Positions 25,401 to 41,100 of a stretch of 64,000 nt of DNA are shown here, one piece after another. The position numbers were made by a program, and so were the translations under genes. Each line of letters opens with the position of its first letter. Position 1 is the first letter of the stretch. The notes beneath the pieces are model-generated. The model saw only the letters and a list, made by a program, of their open reading frames with translations. It was not told the DNA's origin and searched no databases. Origin of the DNA: Euprymna scolopes (lineage: Eukaryota); NCBI GenBank assembly GCA_053919585.1, contig CM132827.1. One strand, given 5' to 3'.

Positions 25401-28400
25401 ACAAAATTTCAACTCGGCGCCGAAGAAGACAGACGCATGTAATCTCGCTCCTTGTCTATTGAACTAAGGCATGGTTCTAAAACAAGATTTCAACTCGGCG
25501 CCGAAGAAGACGGACGCATGTAATCTCGCTCCGTGCCTATTGAACTAAGGCATGGTTCTAAAACAAGATTTCAACTCGGCGCCGAAGAAGACAGACGCAT
25601 GTAATCTCGCTCCTTGTCTATTGAACTAAGGCATGGTTCTAAAACAAGATTTCAACTCGGCGCCGAAGAAGACGGACGCATGTAATCTCGCTCCGTGCCT
25701 ATTGAACTAAGGCATGGTTCTAAAACAAGATTTCAACTCGGCGCCGAAGAAGACAGACGCATGTAATCTCGCTCCGTGCCTATTGAACTAAGGCATGGTT
25801 CTAAAACAAGATTTCAACTCGGCGCCGAAGAAGTCAGACGCATGTAATCTCGCTCCGTGTCTATTGAACTAAGGCATGGTTCTAAAAAAAGATTTCAACT
25901 CGGCGCCGAAGAAGACGGACGCATGTAATCTCGCTCCGTGTCTATTGAACTAAGGCATGGTTCTAAAACAAGATTTCAACTCGGCGCCGAAGAAGACCGA
26001 CGCATGTAATCTCGCTCCTTGTCTATTGAACTAAGGCATGGTTCTAAAACAAGATTTCAACTCGGCGCCGAAGAAGACGGACGCATGTAATCTCGCTTCG
26101 TGTCTATTGAACTAAGGCATGGTTCTAAAACAAGATTTCAACTCGGCGCCGAAGAAGACGGACGCATGTAATCTCGCTTCGTGTCTATTGAACTAAGGCA
26201 TGGTTCTAAAACAAGATTTCAACTCGGCGCCGAAGAAGACGGACGCATGTAATCTCGCTTCGTGTCTATTGAACTAAGGCATGGTTCTAAAACAAGATTT
26301 CAACTCGGCGCCGAAGAAGACAGACGCATGTAATCTCGCTCCTTGTCTATTGAACTAAGGCATGGTTCTAAAACAAGATTTCAACTCGGCGCCGAAGAAG
26401 ACGGACGCATGTAATCTCGCTCCTTGTCTATTGAACTAAGGCATGGTTCTAAAACAAGATTTTAACTCGGCGCCGAAGAAGACAGACGCATGTAATCTCG
26501 CTCCGTGTCTATTGAACTAAGGCATGGTTCTAAAACAAGATTTCAACTCGGCGCCGAAGAAGACGGACGCATGTAATCTCGCTCCTTGTCTATTGAACTA
26601 AGGCATGGTTCTAAAACAAGATTTCAACTCGGCGCTGAAGAAGACAGACGCATGTAATCTCGCTCCTTGTCTATTGAACTAAGGCATGGTTCTAAAACAA
26701 GATTTCAACTCGGCGCCGAAGAAGACAGACGCATGTAATCTCGCTCCGTGTCTATTGAACTAAGGCATGGTTCTAAAACAAGATTTCAACTCGGCGCCGA
26801 AGAAGACGGACGCATGTAATCTCGCTCCTTGTCTATTGAACTAAGGCATGGTTCTAAAACAAGATTTCAACTCGGCGCCGAAGAAGACAGACGCATGTAA
26901 TCTCGCTCCGTGTCTATTGAACTAAGGCATGGTTCTAAAACAAGATTTCAACTCGGCGCCGAAGAAGACGGACGCATGTAATCTCGCTCCTTGTCTATTG
27001 AACTAAGGCATGGTTCTAAAACAAGATTTCAACTCGGCGCCGAAGAAGACGGACGCATGTAATCTCGCTCCATGTCTATTGAACTAAGGCATGGTTCTAA
27101 AACAAGATTTCAACTCGGCGCCGAAGAAGACGGACGCATGTAATCTCGCTCCGTGCCTATTGAACTAAGGCATGGTTCTAAAACAAGATTTCAACTCGGC
27201 GCCGAAGAAGACGGACGCATGTAATCTCGCTCCGTGCCTATTGAACTAAGGCATGGTTCTAAAACCAGATTTCAACTCGGCGCCGAAGAAGACAGACGCA
27301 CGTAATCTCGCTCCGTGTCTATTAAACTAAGGCATGGTTCTAAAACAAGATTTCAACTCGGCGCCGAAGAAGACGGACGCATGTAATCTCGCTCCGTGTC
27401 TATTGAACTAAGGCATGGTTCTAAAACAAGATTTCAACTCGGCGCCGAAGAAGACGGACGCATGTAATCTCGCTCCGTGTCTATTGAACTAAGGCATGGT
27501 TCTAAAACAAGATTTCAACTCGGCGCCGAAGAAGACGGACGCATGTAATCTCGCTCTGTGCCTATTGAACTAAGGCATGGTTCTAAAACAAGATTTCAAC
27601 TCGGCGCCGAAGAAGACGGACGCATGTAATCTCGCTCCGTGCCTATTGAACTAAGGCATGGTTCTGAAACAAGATTTCAACTCGGCGCCGAAGAAGACGG
27701 ACGCATGTAATCTCGCTCCGTGCCTATTGAACTAAGGCATGGTTCTAAAACAAGATTTCAACTCGGCGCCGAAGAAGACAGACGCATGTAATCTCGCTCC
27801 GTGCCTATTGAACTAAGGCATGGTTCTAAAACAAGATTTCAACTCGGCGCCGAAGAAGACAGACGCATGTAATCTCACTCCGTGCCTAGTGAACTAAGGC
27901 ATGGTTCTAAAACAAAATTTCAACTCGGCGCCGAAGAAGACAGACGCATGTAATCTCGCTCCGTGTCTATTGAACTAAGGCATGGTTCTAAAACAAGATT
28001 TCAACTCGGCGCCGAAGAAGACGGACGCATGTAATCTCGCTCCGTGCCTATTGAACTAAGGCATGGTTCTAAAACAAGATTTCAACTCGGCGCCGAAGAA
28101 GACAGACGCATGTAATCTCGCTCCTTGTCTATTGAACTAAGGCATGGTTCTAAAACAAAATTTCAACTCGGCGCCGAAGAAGACAGACGCATGTAATCTC
28201 GCTCCTTGTCTATTGAACTAAGGCATGGTTCTAAAACAAGATTTCAACTCGGCGCCGAAGAAGACGGACGCATGTAATCTCGCTCCGTGCCTATTGAACT
28301 AAGGCATGGTTCTAAAACAAGATTTCAACTCGGCGCCGAAGAAGACGGACGCATGTAATCTCGCTCCGTGCCTATTGAACTAAGGCATGGTTCTAAAACA

Positions 28401-31400
28401 AGATTTCAACTCGGCGCCGAAGAAGACAGACGCATGTAATCTCGCTCCGTGCCTATTGAACTAAGGCATGGTTCTAAAACAAAATTTCAACTCGGCGCCG
28501 AAGAAGACGGACGCATGTAATCTCGCTCCGTGTCTATTGAACTAAGGCATGGTTCTAAAACAAGATTTCAACTCGGCGCCGAAGAAGACGGACGCATGTA
28601 ATCTCGCTCCGTGCCTATTGAACTAAGGCATGGTTCTAAAACAAGATTTCAACTCGGCGCCGAAGAAGACAGACGCATGTAATCTCGCTCCTTGTCTATT
28701 GAACTAAGGCATGGTTCTAAAACAAAATTTCAACTCGGCGCCGAAGAAGACAGACGCATGTAATCTCGCTCCTTGTCTATTGAACTAAGGCATGGTTCTA
28801 AAACAAGATTTCAACTCGGCGCCGAAGAAGACGGACGCATGTAATCTCGCTCCGTGCCTATTGAACTAAGGCATGGTTCTAAAACAAGATTTCAACTCGG
28901 CGCCGAAGAAGACAGACGCATGTAATCTCGCTCCTTGTCTATTGAACTAAGGCATGGTTCTAAAACAAGATTTCAACTCGGCGCCGAAGAAGACGGACGC
29001 ATGTAATCTCGCTCCGTGCCTATTGAACTAAGGCATGGTTCTAAAACAAGATTTCAACTCGGCGCCGAAGAAGACAGACGCATGTAATCTCGCTCCGTGC
29101 CTATTGAACTAAGGCATGGTTCTAAAACAAGATTTCAACTCGGCGCCGAAGAAGTCAGACGCATGTAATCTCGCTCCGTGTCTATTGAACTAAGGCATGG
29201 TTCTAAAAAAAGATTTCAACTCGGCGCCGAAGAAGACGGACGCATGTAATCTCGCTCCGTGTCTATTGAACTAAGGCATGGTTCTAAAACAAGATTTCAA
29301 CTCGGCGCCGAAGAAGACCGACGCATGTAATCTCGCTCCTTGTCTATTGAACTAAGGCATGGTTCTAAAACAAGATTTCAACTCGGCGCCGAAGAAGACG
29401 GACGCATGTAATCTCGCTTCGTGTCTATTGAACTAAGGCATGGTTCTAAAACAAGATTTCAACTCGGCGCCGAAGAAGACGGACGCATGTAATCTCGCTT
29501 CGTGTCTATTGAACTAAGGCATGGTTCTAAAACAAGATTTCAACTCGGCGCCGAAGAAGACGGACGCATGTAATCTCGCTTCGTGTCTATTGAACTAAGG
29601 CATGGTTCTAAAACAAGATTTCAACTCGGCGCCGAAGAAGACAGACGCATGTAATCTCGCTCCTTGTCTATTGAACTAAGGCATGGTTCTAAAACAAGAT
29701 TTCAACTCGGCGCCGAAGAAGACGGACGCATGTAATCTCGCTCCTTGTCTATTGAACTAAGGCATGGTTCTAAAACAAGATTTTAACTCGGCGCCGAAGA
29801 AGACAGACGCATGTAATCTCGCTCCGTGTCTATTGAACTAAGGCATGGTTCTAAAACAAGATTTCAACTCGGCGCCGAAGAAGACGGACGCATGTAATCT
29901 CGCTCCTTGTCTATTGAACTAAGGCATGGTTCTAAAACAAGATTTCAACTCGGCGCTGAAGAAGACAGACGCATGTAATCTCGCTCCTTGTCTATTGAAC
30001 TAAGGCATGGTTCTAAAACAAGATTTCAACTCGGCGCCGAAGAAGACAGACGCATGTAATCTCGCTCCGTGTCTATTGAACTAAGGCATGGTTCTAAAAC
30101 AAGATTTCAACTCGGCGCCGAAGAAGACGGACGCATGTAATCTCGCTCCTTGTCTATTGAACTAAGGCATGGTTCTAAAACAAGATTTCAACTCGGCGCC
30201 GAAGAAGACAGACGCATGTAATCTCGCTCCGTGTCTATTGAACTAAGGCATGGTTCTAAAACAAGATTTCAACTCGGCGCCGAAGAAGACGGACGCATGT
30301 AATCTCGCTCCTTGTCTATTGAACTAAGGCATGGTTCTAAAACAAGATTTCAACTCGGCGCCGAAGAAGACGGATGCATGTAATCTCGCTCCATGTCTAT
30401 TGAACTAAGGCATGGTTCTAAAACAAGATTTCAACTCGGCGCCGAAGAAGACGGACGCATGTAATCTCGCTCCGTGCCTATTGAACTAAGGCATGGTTCT
30501 AAAACAAGATTTCAACTCGGCGCCGAAGAAGACGGACGCATGTAATCTCGCTCCGTGCCTATTGAACTAAGGCATGGTTCTAAAACAAGATTTCAACTTG
30601 GCGCCGAAGAAGACAGACGCACGTAATCTCGCTCCGTGTCTATTAAACTAAGGCATGGTTCTAAAACAAGATTTCAACTCGGCGCCGAAGAAGACGGACG
30701 CATGTAATCTCGCTCCGTGTCTATTGAACTAAGGCATGGTTCTAAAACAAGATTTCAACTCGGCGCCGAAGAAGACGGACGCATGTAATCTCGCTCCGTG
30801 TCTATTGAACTAAGGCATGGTTCTAAAACAAGATTTCAACTCGGCGCCGAAGAAGACGGACGCATGTAATCTCGCTCCGTGCCTATTGAACTAAGGCATG
30901 GTTCTAAAACAAGATTTCAACTCGGCGCCGAAGAAGACGGACGCATGTAATCTCGCTCCGTGCCTATTGAACTAAGGCATGGTTCTGAAACAAGATTTCA
31001 ACTCGGCGCCGAAGAAGACGGACGCATGTAATCTCGCTCCGTGCCTATTGAACTAAGGCATGGTTCTAAAACAAGATTTCAACTCGGCGCCGAAGAAGAC
31101 AGACGCATGTAATCTCGCTCCGTGCCTATTGAACTAAGGCATGGTTCTAAAACAAGATTTCAACTCGGCGCCGAAGAAGACAGACGCATGTAATCTCACT
31201 CCGTGCCTAGTGAACTAAGGCATGGTTCTAAAACAAAATTTCAACTCGGCGCCGAAGAAGACAGACGCATGTAATCTCGCTCCGTGTCTATTGAACTAAG
31301 GCATGGTTCTAAAACAAGATTTCAACTCGGCGCCGAAGAAGACGGACGCATGTAATCTCGCTCCGTGCCTATTGAACTAAGGCATGGTTCTAAAACAAGA

Positions 31401-33065
31401 TTTCAACTCGGCGCCGAAGAAGACAGACGCATGTAATCTCGCTCCTTGTCTATTGAACTAAGGCATGGTTCTAAAACAAAATTTCAACTCGGCGCCGAAG
31501 AAGACAGACGCATGTAATCTCGCTCCTTGTCTATTGAACTAAGGCATGGTTCTAAAACAAGATTTCAACTCGGCGCCGAAGAAGACGGACGCATGTAATC
31601 TCGCTCCGTGCCTATTGAACTAAGGCATGGTTCTAAAACAAGATTTCAACTCGGCGCCGAAGAAGACAGACGCATGTAATCTCGCTCCTTGTCTATTGAA
31701 CTAAGGCATAGTTCTAAAACAAGATTTCAACTCGGCGCCGAAGAAGACGGACGCATGTAATCTCGCTCCGTGCCTATTGAACTAAGGCATGGTTCTAAAA
31801 CAAGATTTCAACTCGGCGCCGAATAAGACAGACGCATGTAATCTCGCTCCGTGCCTATTGAACTAAGGCATGGTTCTAAAACAAGATTTCAACTCAGCGC
31901 CGAAGAAGTCAGACGCATGTAATCTCGCTCCGTGTCTATTGAACTAAGGCATGGTTCTAAAAAAAGATTTCAACTCGGCGCCGAAGAAGACGGACGCATG
32001 TAATCTCGCTCCGTGTCTATTGAACTAAGGCATGGTTCTAAAACAAGATTTCAACTCGGCGCCGAAGAAGACCGACGCATGTAATCTCGCTCCTTGTCTA
32101 TTGAACTAAGGCATGGTTCTAAAACAAAATTTCAACTCGGCGCCGAAGAAGACGGACGCATGTAATCTCGCTTCGTGTCTTTTGAACTAAGGCATGGTTC
32201 TAAAACAAGATTTCAACTCGGCGCCGAAGAAGACGGACGCATGTAATCTCGCTCCTTGTCTATTGAACTAAGGCATGGTTCTAAAACAAGATTTCAACTC
32301 AGCGCCGAAGAAGACAGACGCATGTAATCTCGCTCCTTGTCTATTGAACTAAGGCATGGTTCTAAAACAAGATTTCAACTCGGCGCCGAAGAAGACAGAC
32401 GCATGTAATCTCGCTCCGTGTCTATTGAACTAAGGCATGGTTCTAAAACAAGATTTCAACTCGGCGCCGAAGAAGACAGACGCATGTAATCTCGCTCCGT
32501 GTCTATTGAACTAAGGCATGGTTCTAAAACAAGATTTCAACTCGGCGCCGAAGAAGACGGACGCATGTAATCTCGCTCCTTGTCTATTGAACTAAGCATG
32601 GTTCTAAAACAAGATTTCAACTCGGCGCCGAAGAAGACAGACGCATGTAATCTCGCTCCGTGTCTATTGAACTAAGGCATGGTTCTAAAACAAGATTTCA
32701 ACTCGGCGCCGAAGAAGACGGACGCATGTAATCTCGCTCCTTGTCTATTGAACTAAGGCATGGTTCTAAAACAAGATTTCAACTCGGCGCCGAAGAAGAC
32801 GGACGCATGTAATCTCGCTCCTTGTCTATTGAACTAAGGCATGGTTCTAAAACAAGATTTCAACTCGGCGCCGAAGAAGACAGACGCATGTAATCTCGCT
32901 CCGTGTCTATTGAACTAAGGCATGGTTCTAAAACAAGATTTCAACTCGGCGCCGAAGAAGACGGACGCATGTAATCTCGCTCCTTGTCTATTGAACTAAG
33001 GCATGGTTCTAAAACAAGATTTCAACTCGGCGCCGAAGAAGACGGACGCATGTAATCTCGCTCCT
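16461..33065. repeat. Satellite sub-domain marked by G76T (CTCCTTGTCT)
   Basis: First seen at 16461 and last at 33065; not noticed outside this interval. Accompanied by G55C, C74T and G29A. Confidence 0.85.
24950..31600. repeat. Tandem duplication of a 41-monomer (3321 bp) block
   Basis: C26A 25888/29209, C34T 26463/29784, C45T 26636/29957, A22G 27666/30987 and G71A 27877/31198, all 3321 apart. Confidence 0.92.
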
Positions 33066-35199
33066 TGTCTATTGAACTAAGGCATGGTTCTAAAACAAGA
33101 TTTCAACTCGGCGCCGAAGAAGACGGACGCATGTAATCTCGCTCCGTGTCTATTGAACTAAGGCATGGTTCTAAAACAAGATTTCAACTCGGCGCCGAAG
33201 AAGACGGACGCATGTAATCTCGCTCCGTGTCTATTGAACTAAGGCATGGTTCTAAAACAAGATTTCAACTCGGCGCCGAAGAAGACAGACGCATGTAATC
33301 TCGATCCGTGTCTATTGAACTAAGGCATGGTTCTAAAACAAGATTTCAACTCGGCGCCGAAGAAGACAGACGCATGTAATCTCGCTCCGTGTCTATTGAA
33401 CTAAGGCATGGTTCTAAAACAAGATTTCAACTCGGTGCCGAAGAAGACAGACGCATGTAATCTCGCTCCGTGTCTATTGAACTGAGGCATGGTTCTAAAA
33501 CAAGATTTCAACTCGGCGCCGAAGAAGACGGACGCATGTAATCTCGCTCCGTGCCTATTGAACTAAGGCATGGTTCTAAAACAAGATTTCAACTCGGCGC
33601 CGAAGAAGACAGACGCATGTAATCTCGCTCCGTGTCTATTGAACTAAGGCATGGTTCTAAAACAAGATTTCAACTCGGCGCCGAAGAAGACAGACGCACG
33701 TAATCTCGCTCCGTGCCTATTGAACTAAGGCATGGTTCTAAAACAAGATTTCAACTCGGCGCCGAATAAGACGGACGCATGTAATCTCGCTCCGTGCCTA
33801 TTGAACTAAGGCATGGTTCTAAAACAAGATTTCAACTCGGCGCCGAAGAAGACGGACGCATGTAATCTCGCTCCGTGTCTATTGAACTAAGGCATGGTTC
33901 TAAAACAAGATTTCAACTCGGCGCCGAAGAAGACGGACGCATGTAATCTCGCTCCGTGCCTATTGAACTAAGGCATGGTTCTAAAACAAGATTTCAACTC
34001 GGCGTCGAAGAAGACGGACGCATGTAATCTCGCTCCGTGCCTATTGAACTAAGAAATGGTTCTAAAACAAGATTTCAACTCGGCGCCGAAGAAGACAGAC
34101 GCACGTAATCTCGCTCCGTGTCTATTAAACTAAGGCATGGTTCTAAAACAAGATTTCAACTCGGCGCCGAAGAAGACGGACGCATGTAATCTCGCTCCGT
34201 GTCTATTGAACTAAGGCATGGTTCTAAAACAAGATTTCAACTCGGCGCCGAAGAAGACGGACGCATGTAATCTCGCTCCGTGTCTATTGAACTAAGGCAT
34301 GGTTCTAAAACAAGATTTCAACTCGGCGCCGAAGAAGACAGACGCACGTAATCTCGCTCCGTGCCTATTGAACTAAGGCATGGTTCTAAAACAAGATTTC
34401 AACTCGGCGCCGAATAAGACGGACGCATGTAATCTCGCTCCGTGTCTATTGAACTAAGGCATGGTTCTAAAACAAGATTTCAACTCGGCGCCGAAGAAGA
34501 CAGACGCATGTAATCTCGCTCCGTGTCTATTGAACTAAGGCATGGTTCTAATACAAGATTTCAACTCGGCGCTGAAGAAGACGGACGCATGTAATCTCGC
34601 TCCGTGTCTATTGAACTAAGGCATGGTTCTAAAACAAGATTTCAACTCGGCGCCGAAGAAGACAGACGCATGTAATCTCGCTCCGTGTCTATTGAACTAA
34701 GGAATGGTTCTTAAACAAGATTTCAACTCGGCGCCGAAGAAGACGGACGCATGTAATCTCGCTCCGTGTCTATTGAACTAAGGCATGGTTCTAAAACAAG
34801 ATTTCAACTCGGCGCCAAAGAAGACAGACGCATGTAATCTCGCTCCGTGTCTATTGAACTAAGGCATGGTTCTAAAACAAGATTTCAACTCGGCGCCGAA
34901 GAAGACGGACGCATGTAATCTCGCTCCGTGTCTATTGAACTAAGGCATGGTTCTAAAACAAGATTTCAACTCGGCGCCGAAGAAGACAGACGCATGTAAT
35001 CTCGCTCCGTGTCTATTGAACTAAGGCATGGTTCTAAAACAAGATTTCAACTCGGCGCCGAAGAAGACGGGCGCATGTAATCTCGCTCCGTGTCTATTGA
35101 ACTAAGGCATGGTTCTAAAACAAGATTTCAACTCGGCGCCGAAGAAGACGGACGCATGTAATCTCGCTCCGTGTCTATTGAACTAAGGCATGGTTCTTA

Positions 35200-38100
35200 A
35201 ACAAGATTTCAACTCAGCGCCGAAGAAGACGGACGCATGTAATCTCGCTCCGTGTCTATTGAACTAAGGCATGGTTCTAAAACAAGATTTCAACTCGGCG
35301 CCGAAGAAGACAGACGCACGTAATCTCGCTCCGTGTCTATTGAACTAAGGCATGGTTCTAAAACAAGATTTCAACTCAGCGCCGAATAAGACGGACGCAT
35401 GTAATCTCGCTCCGTGTCTATTGAACTAAGGCATGGTTCTTAAACAAGATTTCAACTCAGCGCCGAATAAGACGGACGCATGTAATCTCGCTCCGTGTCT
35501 ATTGAACTAAGGCATAGTTCTAAAACAAGATTTCAACTCGGCGCCGAAGAAGACAGACGCATGTAATCTCGCTCCGTGTCTATTGAACTAAGGCATGGTT
35601 CTTAAACAAGATTTCAACTCAGCGCCGAAGAAGACAGACGCATGTAATCTCGCTCCGTGTCTATTGAACTAAGGCATGGTTCTAAAACAAGATTTCAACT
35701 CAGCGCCGAATAAGACGGACGCATGTAATCTCGCTCCGTGTCTATTGAACTAAGGCATGGTTCTTAAACAAGATTTCAACTCAGCGCCGAATAAGACGGA
35801 CGCATGTAATCTCGCTCCGTGTCTATTGAACTAAGGCATGGTTCTTAAACAAGATTTCAACTCAGCGCCGAATAAGACAGACGCATGTAATCTCGTTCCG
35901 TGTCTATTGAACTAAGGCATGGTTCTAAAACAAGATTTCAACTCAGCGCCGAAGAAGACAGACGCATGTAATCTCGCTCCGTGTCTATTGAACTAAGGCA
36001 TGGTTCTAAAACAAGATTTCAACTCAGCGCCGAATAAGACGGACGCATGTAATCTCGCTCCGTGTCTATTGAACTAAGGCATGGTTCTTAAACAAGATTT
36101 CAACTCAGCGCCGAATAAGACAGACGCATGTAATCTCGCTCCGTGTCTATTGAACTAAGGCATGGTTCTAAAACAAGATTTCAACTCAGCGCCGAAGAAG
36201 ACAGACGCATGTAATCTACCTCCGTGTCTATTGAACTAAGGCATGGTTCTTAAACAAGATTTCAACTCAGCGCCGAATAAGACGGACGCATGTAATCTCG
36301 CTCCGTGTCTATTGAACTAAGGCATGGTTCTTAAACAAGATTTCAACTCAGCGCCGAATAAGACGGACGCATGTAATCTCGCTCCGTGTCTATTGAACTA
36401 AGGCATGGTTCTTAAACAAGATTTCAACTCGGCGCCGAAGAAGACGGACGCATGTAATCTCGCTCCGTGCCTATTGAACTAATGCATGGTTCTAAAACAA
36501 GATTTCAACTCGGCGCCGAAGAAGACGGACGCATGTAATCTCGCTCCGTGTCTATTGAACTAAGGCATGGTTCTTAAACAAGATTTCAACTCAGCGCCGA
36601 ATAAGACGGACGCATGTAATCTCGCTCCGTGTCTATTGAACTAAGGCATGGTTCTTAAACAAGATTTCAACTCAGCGCCGAAGAAGACGGACGCATGTAA
36701 TCTCGCTCCGTGCCTATTGAACTAAGGCATGGTTCTTAAACAAGATTTCAACTCGGCGCCGAAGAAGACGGACGCATGTAATCTCGCTCCGTGTCTATTG
36801 AACTAAGGCATGGTTCTTAAACAAGATTTCAACTCAGCGCCGAAAAAGACGGACGCATGTAATCTCGCTCCGTGTCTATTGAACTAAGGCATGGTTCTTA
36901 AACAAGATTTCAACTCAGCGCCGAAGAAGACGGACGCATGTAATCTCGCTCCGTGTCTATTGAACTAAGGCATGGTTCTAAAACAAGATTTCAACTCAGC
37001 GCCGAAGAAGACAGACGCATGTAATCTCGCTCCGTGTCTATTGAACTAAGGCATGGTTCTAAAACAAGATTTCAACTCAGCGCCGAATAAGACGGACGCA
37101 TGTAATCTCGCTCCGTGTCTATTGAACTAAGGCATGGTTCTTAAACAAGATTTCAACTCAGCGCCGAATAAGACGGACGCATGTAATCTCGCTCCGTGTC
37201 TATTGAACTAAGGCATGGTTCTTAAACAAGATTTCAACTCAGCGCCGAATAAGACAGACGCATGTAATCTCGCTCCGTGTCTATTGAACTAAGGCATGGT
37301 TCTAAAACAAGATTTCAACTCAGCGCCGAATAAGACGGACGCATGTAATCTCGCTCCGTGTCTATTGAACTAAGGCATGGTTCTTAAACAAGATTTCAAC
37401 TCAGCGCCGAAGAAGACGGACGCATGTAATCTCGCTCCGTGTCTATTGAACTAAGGCTGGTTCTTAAACAAGATTTCAACTCAGCGCCGAAGAAGACGGA
37501 CGCATGTAATCTCGCTCCGTGTCTATTGAACTAAGGCATGGTTCTTAAACAAGATTTCAACTCAGCGCCGAAGAAGACAGACGCATGTAATCTCGCTCCG
37601 TGTCTATTGAACTAAGGCATGGTTCTTAAACAAGATTTCAACTCAGCGCCGAATAAGACGGACGCATGTAATCTCGCTCCGTGTCTATTGAACTAAGGCA
37701 TGGTTCTTAAACAAGATTTCAACTCGGCGCCGAAGAAGACGGACGCATGTAATCTCGCTCCGTGCCTATTGAACTAATGCATGGTTCTAAAACAAGATTT
37801 CAACTCGGCGCCGAAGAAGACGGACGCATGTAATCTCGCTCCGTGTCTATTGAACTAAGGCATGGTTCTTAAACAAGATTTCAACTCAGCGCCGAATAAG
37901 ACGGACGCATGTAATCTCGCTCCGTGTCTATTGAACTAAGGCATGGTTCTAAAACAAGATTTCAACTCAGCGCCGAAGAAGACAGACGCATGTAATCTCG
38001 CTCCGTGTCTATTGAACTAAGGCATGGTTCTAAAACAAGATTTCAACTCAGCGCCGAATAAGACGGACGCATGTAATCTCGCTCCGTGTCTATTGAACTA

Positions 38101-41100
38101 AGGCATGGTTCTTAAACAAGATTTCAACTCAGCGCCGAATAAGACGGACGCATGTAATCTCGCTCCGTGTCTATTGAACTAAGGCATGGTTCTAAAACAA
38201 GATTTCAACTCGGCGCCGAAGAAGACAGACGCATGTAATCTCGCTCCGTGTCTATTGAACTAAGGCATGGTTCTTAAACAAGATTTCAACTCAGCGCCGA
38301 AGAAGACAGACGCATGTAATCTCGCTCCGTGTCTATTGAACTAAGGCATGGTTCTAAAACAAGATTTCAACTCAGCGCCGAATAAGACGGACGCATGTAA
38401 TCTCGCTCCGTGTCTATTGAACTAAGGCATGGTTCTTAAACAAGATTTCAACTCAGCGCCGAAGAAGACGGACGCATGTAATCTCGCTCCGTGTCTATTG
38501 AACTAAGGCTGGTTCTTAAACAAGATTTCAACTCAGCGCCGAATAAGACGGACGCATGTAATCTCGCTCCGTGTCTATTGAACTAAGGCATGGTTCTTAA
38601 ACAAGATTTCAACTCAGCGCCGAATAAGACGGACGCATGTAATCTCGCTCCGTGTCTATTGAACTAAGGCATGGTTCTTAAACAAGATTTCAACTCAGCG
38701 CTGAAGAAGACGGACGCATGTAATCTCGCTCCGTGTCTATTGAACTAAGGCATGGTTCTAAAACAAGATTTCAACTCGGCGCCGAAGAAGACGGACGCAT
38801 GTAATCTCGCTCCGTGTCTATTGAACTAAGGCATGGTTCTAAAACAAGATTTCAACTCGGCGCCGAAGAAGACAGACGCATGTAATCTCGCTCCGTGTCT
38901 ATTGAACTAAGGCATGGTTCTAAAACAAGATTTCAACTCGGCGCCGAAGAAGACGGGCGCATGTAATCTCGCTCCGTGTCTATTGAACTAAGGCATGGTT
39001 CTAAAACAAGATTTCAACTCGGCGCCGAAGAAGACGGACGCATGTAATCTCGCTCCGTGTCTATTGAACTAAGGCATGGTTCTTAAACAAGATTTCAACT
39101 CAGCGCCGAAGAAGACGGACGCATGTAATCTCGCTCCGTGTCTATTGAACTAAGGCATGGTTCTAAAACAAGATTTCAACTCGGCGCCGAAGAAGACAGA
39201 CGCACGTAATCTCGCTCCGTGTCTATTGAACTAAGGCATGGTTCTAAAACAAGATTTCAACTCAGCGCCGAATAAGACGGACGCATGTAATCTTGCTCCG
39301 TGTCTATTGAACTAAGGCATGGTTCTTAAACAAGATTTCAACTCAGCGCCGAATAAGACGGACGCATGTAATCTCGCTCCGTGTCTATTGAACTAAGGCA
39401 TGGTTCTAAAACAAGATTTCAACTCGGCGCCGAAGAAGACAGACGCATGTAATCTCGCTCCGTGTCTATTGAACTAAGGCATGGTTCTTAAACAAGATTT
39501 CAACTCAGCGCCGAAGAAGACAGACGCATGTAATCTCGCTCCGTGTCTATTGAACTAAGGCATGGTTCTAAAACAAGATTTCAACTCAGCGCCGTATAGA
39601 ACGGACGCATGTAATCTCGCTCCGTGTCTATTGAACTAAGGCATGGTTCTTAAACAAGATTTCAACTCAGCGCCGAATAAGACGGACGCATGTAATCTCG
39701 CTCCGTGTCTATTGAACTAAGGCATGGTTCTTAAACAAGATTTCAACTCAGCGCCGAATAAGACAGACGCATGTAATCTCGCTCCGTGTCTATTGAACTA
39801 AGGCATGGTTCTAAAACAAGATTTCAACTCAGCGCCGAAGAAGACAGACGCATGTAATCTCGCTCCGTGTCTATTGAACTAAGGCATGGTTCTAAAACAA
39901 GATTTCAACTCAGCGCCGAATAAGACGGACGCATGTAATCTCGCTCCGTGTCTATTGAACTAAGGCATGGTTCTTAAACAAGATTTCAACTCAGCGCCGA
40001 ATAAGACAGACGCATGTAATCTAGCTCCGTGTCTATTGAACTAAGGCATGGTTCTAAAACAAGATTTCAACTCAGCGCCGAAGAAGACAGACGCATGTAA
40101 TCTCGCTCCGTGTCTATTGAACTAAGGCATGGTTCTTAAACAAGATTTCAACTCAGCGCCGAATAAGACAGACGCATGTAATCTCGCTCCGTGTCTATTG
40201 AACTAAGGCATGGTTCTTAAACAAGATTTCAACTCAGCGCCGAATAAGACAGACGCATGTAATCTCGCTCCGTGTCTATTGAACTAAGGCATGGTTCTAA
40301 AACAAGATTTCAACTCAGCGCCGAAGAAGACAGACGCATGTAATCTCGCTCCGTGTCTATTGAACTAAGGCATGGTTCTTAAACAAGATTTCAACTCAGC
40401 GCCGAATAAGACGGACGCATGTAATCTCGCTCCGTGTCTATTGAACTAAGGCATGGTTCTTAAACAAGATTTCAACTCAGCGCCGAATAAGACAGACGCA
40501 TGTAATCTCGCTCCGTGTCTATTGAACTAAGGCATGGTTCTAAAACAAGATTTCAACTCAGCGCCGAAGAAGACAGACGCATGTAATCTCGCTCCGTGTC
40601 TATTGAACTAAGGCATGGTTCTTAAACAAGATTTCAATCCAGCGCCGAATAAGACGGACGCATGTAATCTCGCTCCGTGTCTATTGAACTAAGGCATGGT
40701 TCTTAAACAAGATTTCAACTCAGCGCCGAATAAGACGGACGCATGTAATCTCGCTCCGTGTCTATTTAACTAAGGCATGGTTCTAAAACAAGATTTCAAC
40801 TCAGCGCCGAAGAAGACAGACGCATGTAATCTCGCTCCGTGTCTATTGAACTAAGGCATGGTTCTAAAACAAGATTTCAACTCAGCGCCGAATAAGACGG
40901 ACGCATGTAATCTCGCTCCGTGTCTATTGAACTAAGGCATGGTTCTAAAACAAGATTTCAACTCAGCGCCGAATGAGACAGACGCATGTAATCTCGCTCT
41001 GTGTCTATTGAACTAAGGCATGGTTCTAAAACAAGATTTCAACTCGGCGCCGAATAAGACGGACGCATGTAATCTCGCTCCGTGTCTATTGAACTAAGGC

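Noticed and set aside
26630-26645. Hammerhead ribozyme core CTGAAGA, as in some satellite DNAs
   Set aside because: It occurs only in rare C45T variants; the consensus is CCGAAGA, with no properly placed GAAA or stems.
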